Assembly (NCBI GenBank): GCA_038087875.1
Contig: CM075989.1
Location: forward strand, 4,092,001-4,156,000
DNA: 64,000 nt
Reading direction: 5' to 3'
Source of the DNA: Malacoraja senta
Taxonomy: Eukaryota
Under the pieces are notes generated by a model. That model was not told where the DNA came from. It saw nothing but the letters and a program-made list of their open reading frames with translations, and ran no database searches. Of this stretch, positions 62,581 to 64,000 are shown in pieces. A program made the translations under genes and the position numbers. Position 1 is the stretch's first letter. Each line of letters starts with the position of its first letter.

Positions 62581-64000
62581 GGATTTTTGAAGCCTTCCGT
62601 GAACAATCACAATCACAATCACAACCACAATCACAATAATACTTTATTAGCCAAGTATGGTTTGCAACATACGAGGAATTTCATTGCCAAGTCAGTCATA
62701 CAAATAAAAAGCAACGGAACACACAAAACACATTTGAACATAAACATCCATCACAGTGACTCCTCCACATTCCTCACTGTGATGGAAGGCAAATAAAAGT
62801 TCCATCTCTTCCCTTTGCTCTCCCGTGGTCGGGGGCCTCGAGCCCTCTGTTGACGGGGTGATCTTGCCTCCTGTAGCTGGCGGCGTTTTGGCCCTCCGCA
62901 TCGGGGCGATCAGTGCCTGCATCGGGGGGATGTCGGCTCCCTTGCGCCGGATGATTGAACCCCGTGTCGGGGCTGGTCGAGCCTCTGCGTCGATGGAGCT
63001 TCCCGACTCGGCCTCTCCCGAGACTGCGAGCTCCCGATGTAAAGTCCGCAGACCGCGGTTGGAGCGATCCCAGGCAAGGGATCAACTCCAATGTTAAGTC
63101 CACGCCCCGCGGAGGGACTCAATGTCAGTCTGTGGAGGCCTCCAGCTCCATCGATGGTAGGCTGCAGAGCGACCGGTGATACGATCCGGAAAGTAATCGC
63201 ATCTCCGGCAAGGTAAGAAACTGAAAAAAAAAGTTACCCTCGACCCCCTCCCCCTCCCCCCACATAAAACAAACCGGAGAACATTTACACGAACTTTTAA
63301 GACACACTAAAAATTAAAAAAAATAGATGAAAAAACGGACATACTGCTGGTGGGGCTGCCAATCATGCGACGCTTATTGCTGCAGTCTCATCATGACTTT
63401 CTGACTCGTTTACCCAATGTCATGACTGATGAAGGCAAGACCACCACACACCTTCTCTACCGCCAGTCTGAAGAAGGGTCTCGACCCGAAATGTCACCTA
63501 TTCCTTCGCTCCATAGATGCTGCCGCACCCGCTGAGTTTCTCCAGCATTTTTGTCTACCTCTACTTGTGCTGCCACTTTCAGGCAGCTGTAGGAATGAAT
63601 AATGGCTTTCTATCCACCTCTAATATAAAATTTTCACATCTTATGTACATTTCCTATCTGTCACATTTCTCGACAAATGATACAATCACATTTCTGAGCC
63701 AGGCTTCAAAGAAAAGTGCAAAGAAGTATCTTACAAACACATTTTTAGAGTTTTTCTTCACTGACCCTGAGATTCCCTTGAATCATTTTTAGTTAACTTG
63801 GCAGCAATTAAACTTTGCGGTTTTGTGGAAAGATCTACCTATTCATTGCAACCGGTTTCAAGGGATATTGCCCTGAGAATGAGCCTTCAAACCAACTGCA
63901 GGAGAGACTCTGAACATGAAGGATCCAGTGTTAATGCTTTGCCTCGGTCTGAAGAAGGAGCAGAGCCATTGTGGCAAAGTGTGGAAATGACATGAGCTGT

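Noticed and set aside
29740..64000. miR-9-3 hairpin expected from synteny
   Set aside because: I did not find the mature miR-9 sequence on either strand in this window.

Overview
This is repeat-rich vertebrate DNA; the HE1-type tRNA-derived SINEs and HER1/CR1 LINEs point to a cartilaginous fish, probably a skate or ray (inference). The left half holds the minus-strand POLG gene (mitochondrial DNA polymerase gamma catalytic subunit). Exons 2-4 and 18-23 have canonical splice sites, and the internal coding exons (3, 4, 18-22) match the human lengths as I recall them. Exons 5-17 are absent and almost certainly lie inside a 200-N assembly gap. A tRNA-Arg(TCG) gene sits head-to-head with the presumed POLG promoter, as in human. 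The rest is mostly mobile elements: near-full-length CR1 and Rex1/Babar LINEs, Penelope fragments, a degenerate DIRS element, Harbinger and hAT MITEs, Helitron-like elements, SINEs, and L2/Tx1 fragments, plus a few unique blocks that may be conserved enhancers. Main leads: (1) an AUG-initiated overlapping ORF in the same -1 frame as mammalian POLGARF; (2) about twenty short Penelope-derived insertions with hammerhead-ribozyme cores, several as fold-back pairs and one intact in POLG sense orientation; (3) a captured copy of part of POLG exon 2 in intron 3; (4) a one-base deletion in the tRNA D-arm; (5) an orphan coiled-coil exon-like segment. Repeat boundaries are approximate and no database searches were run.
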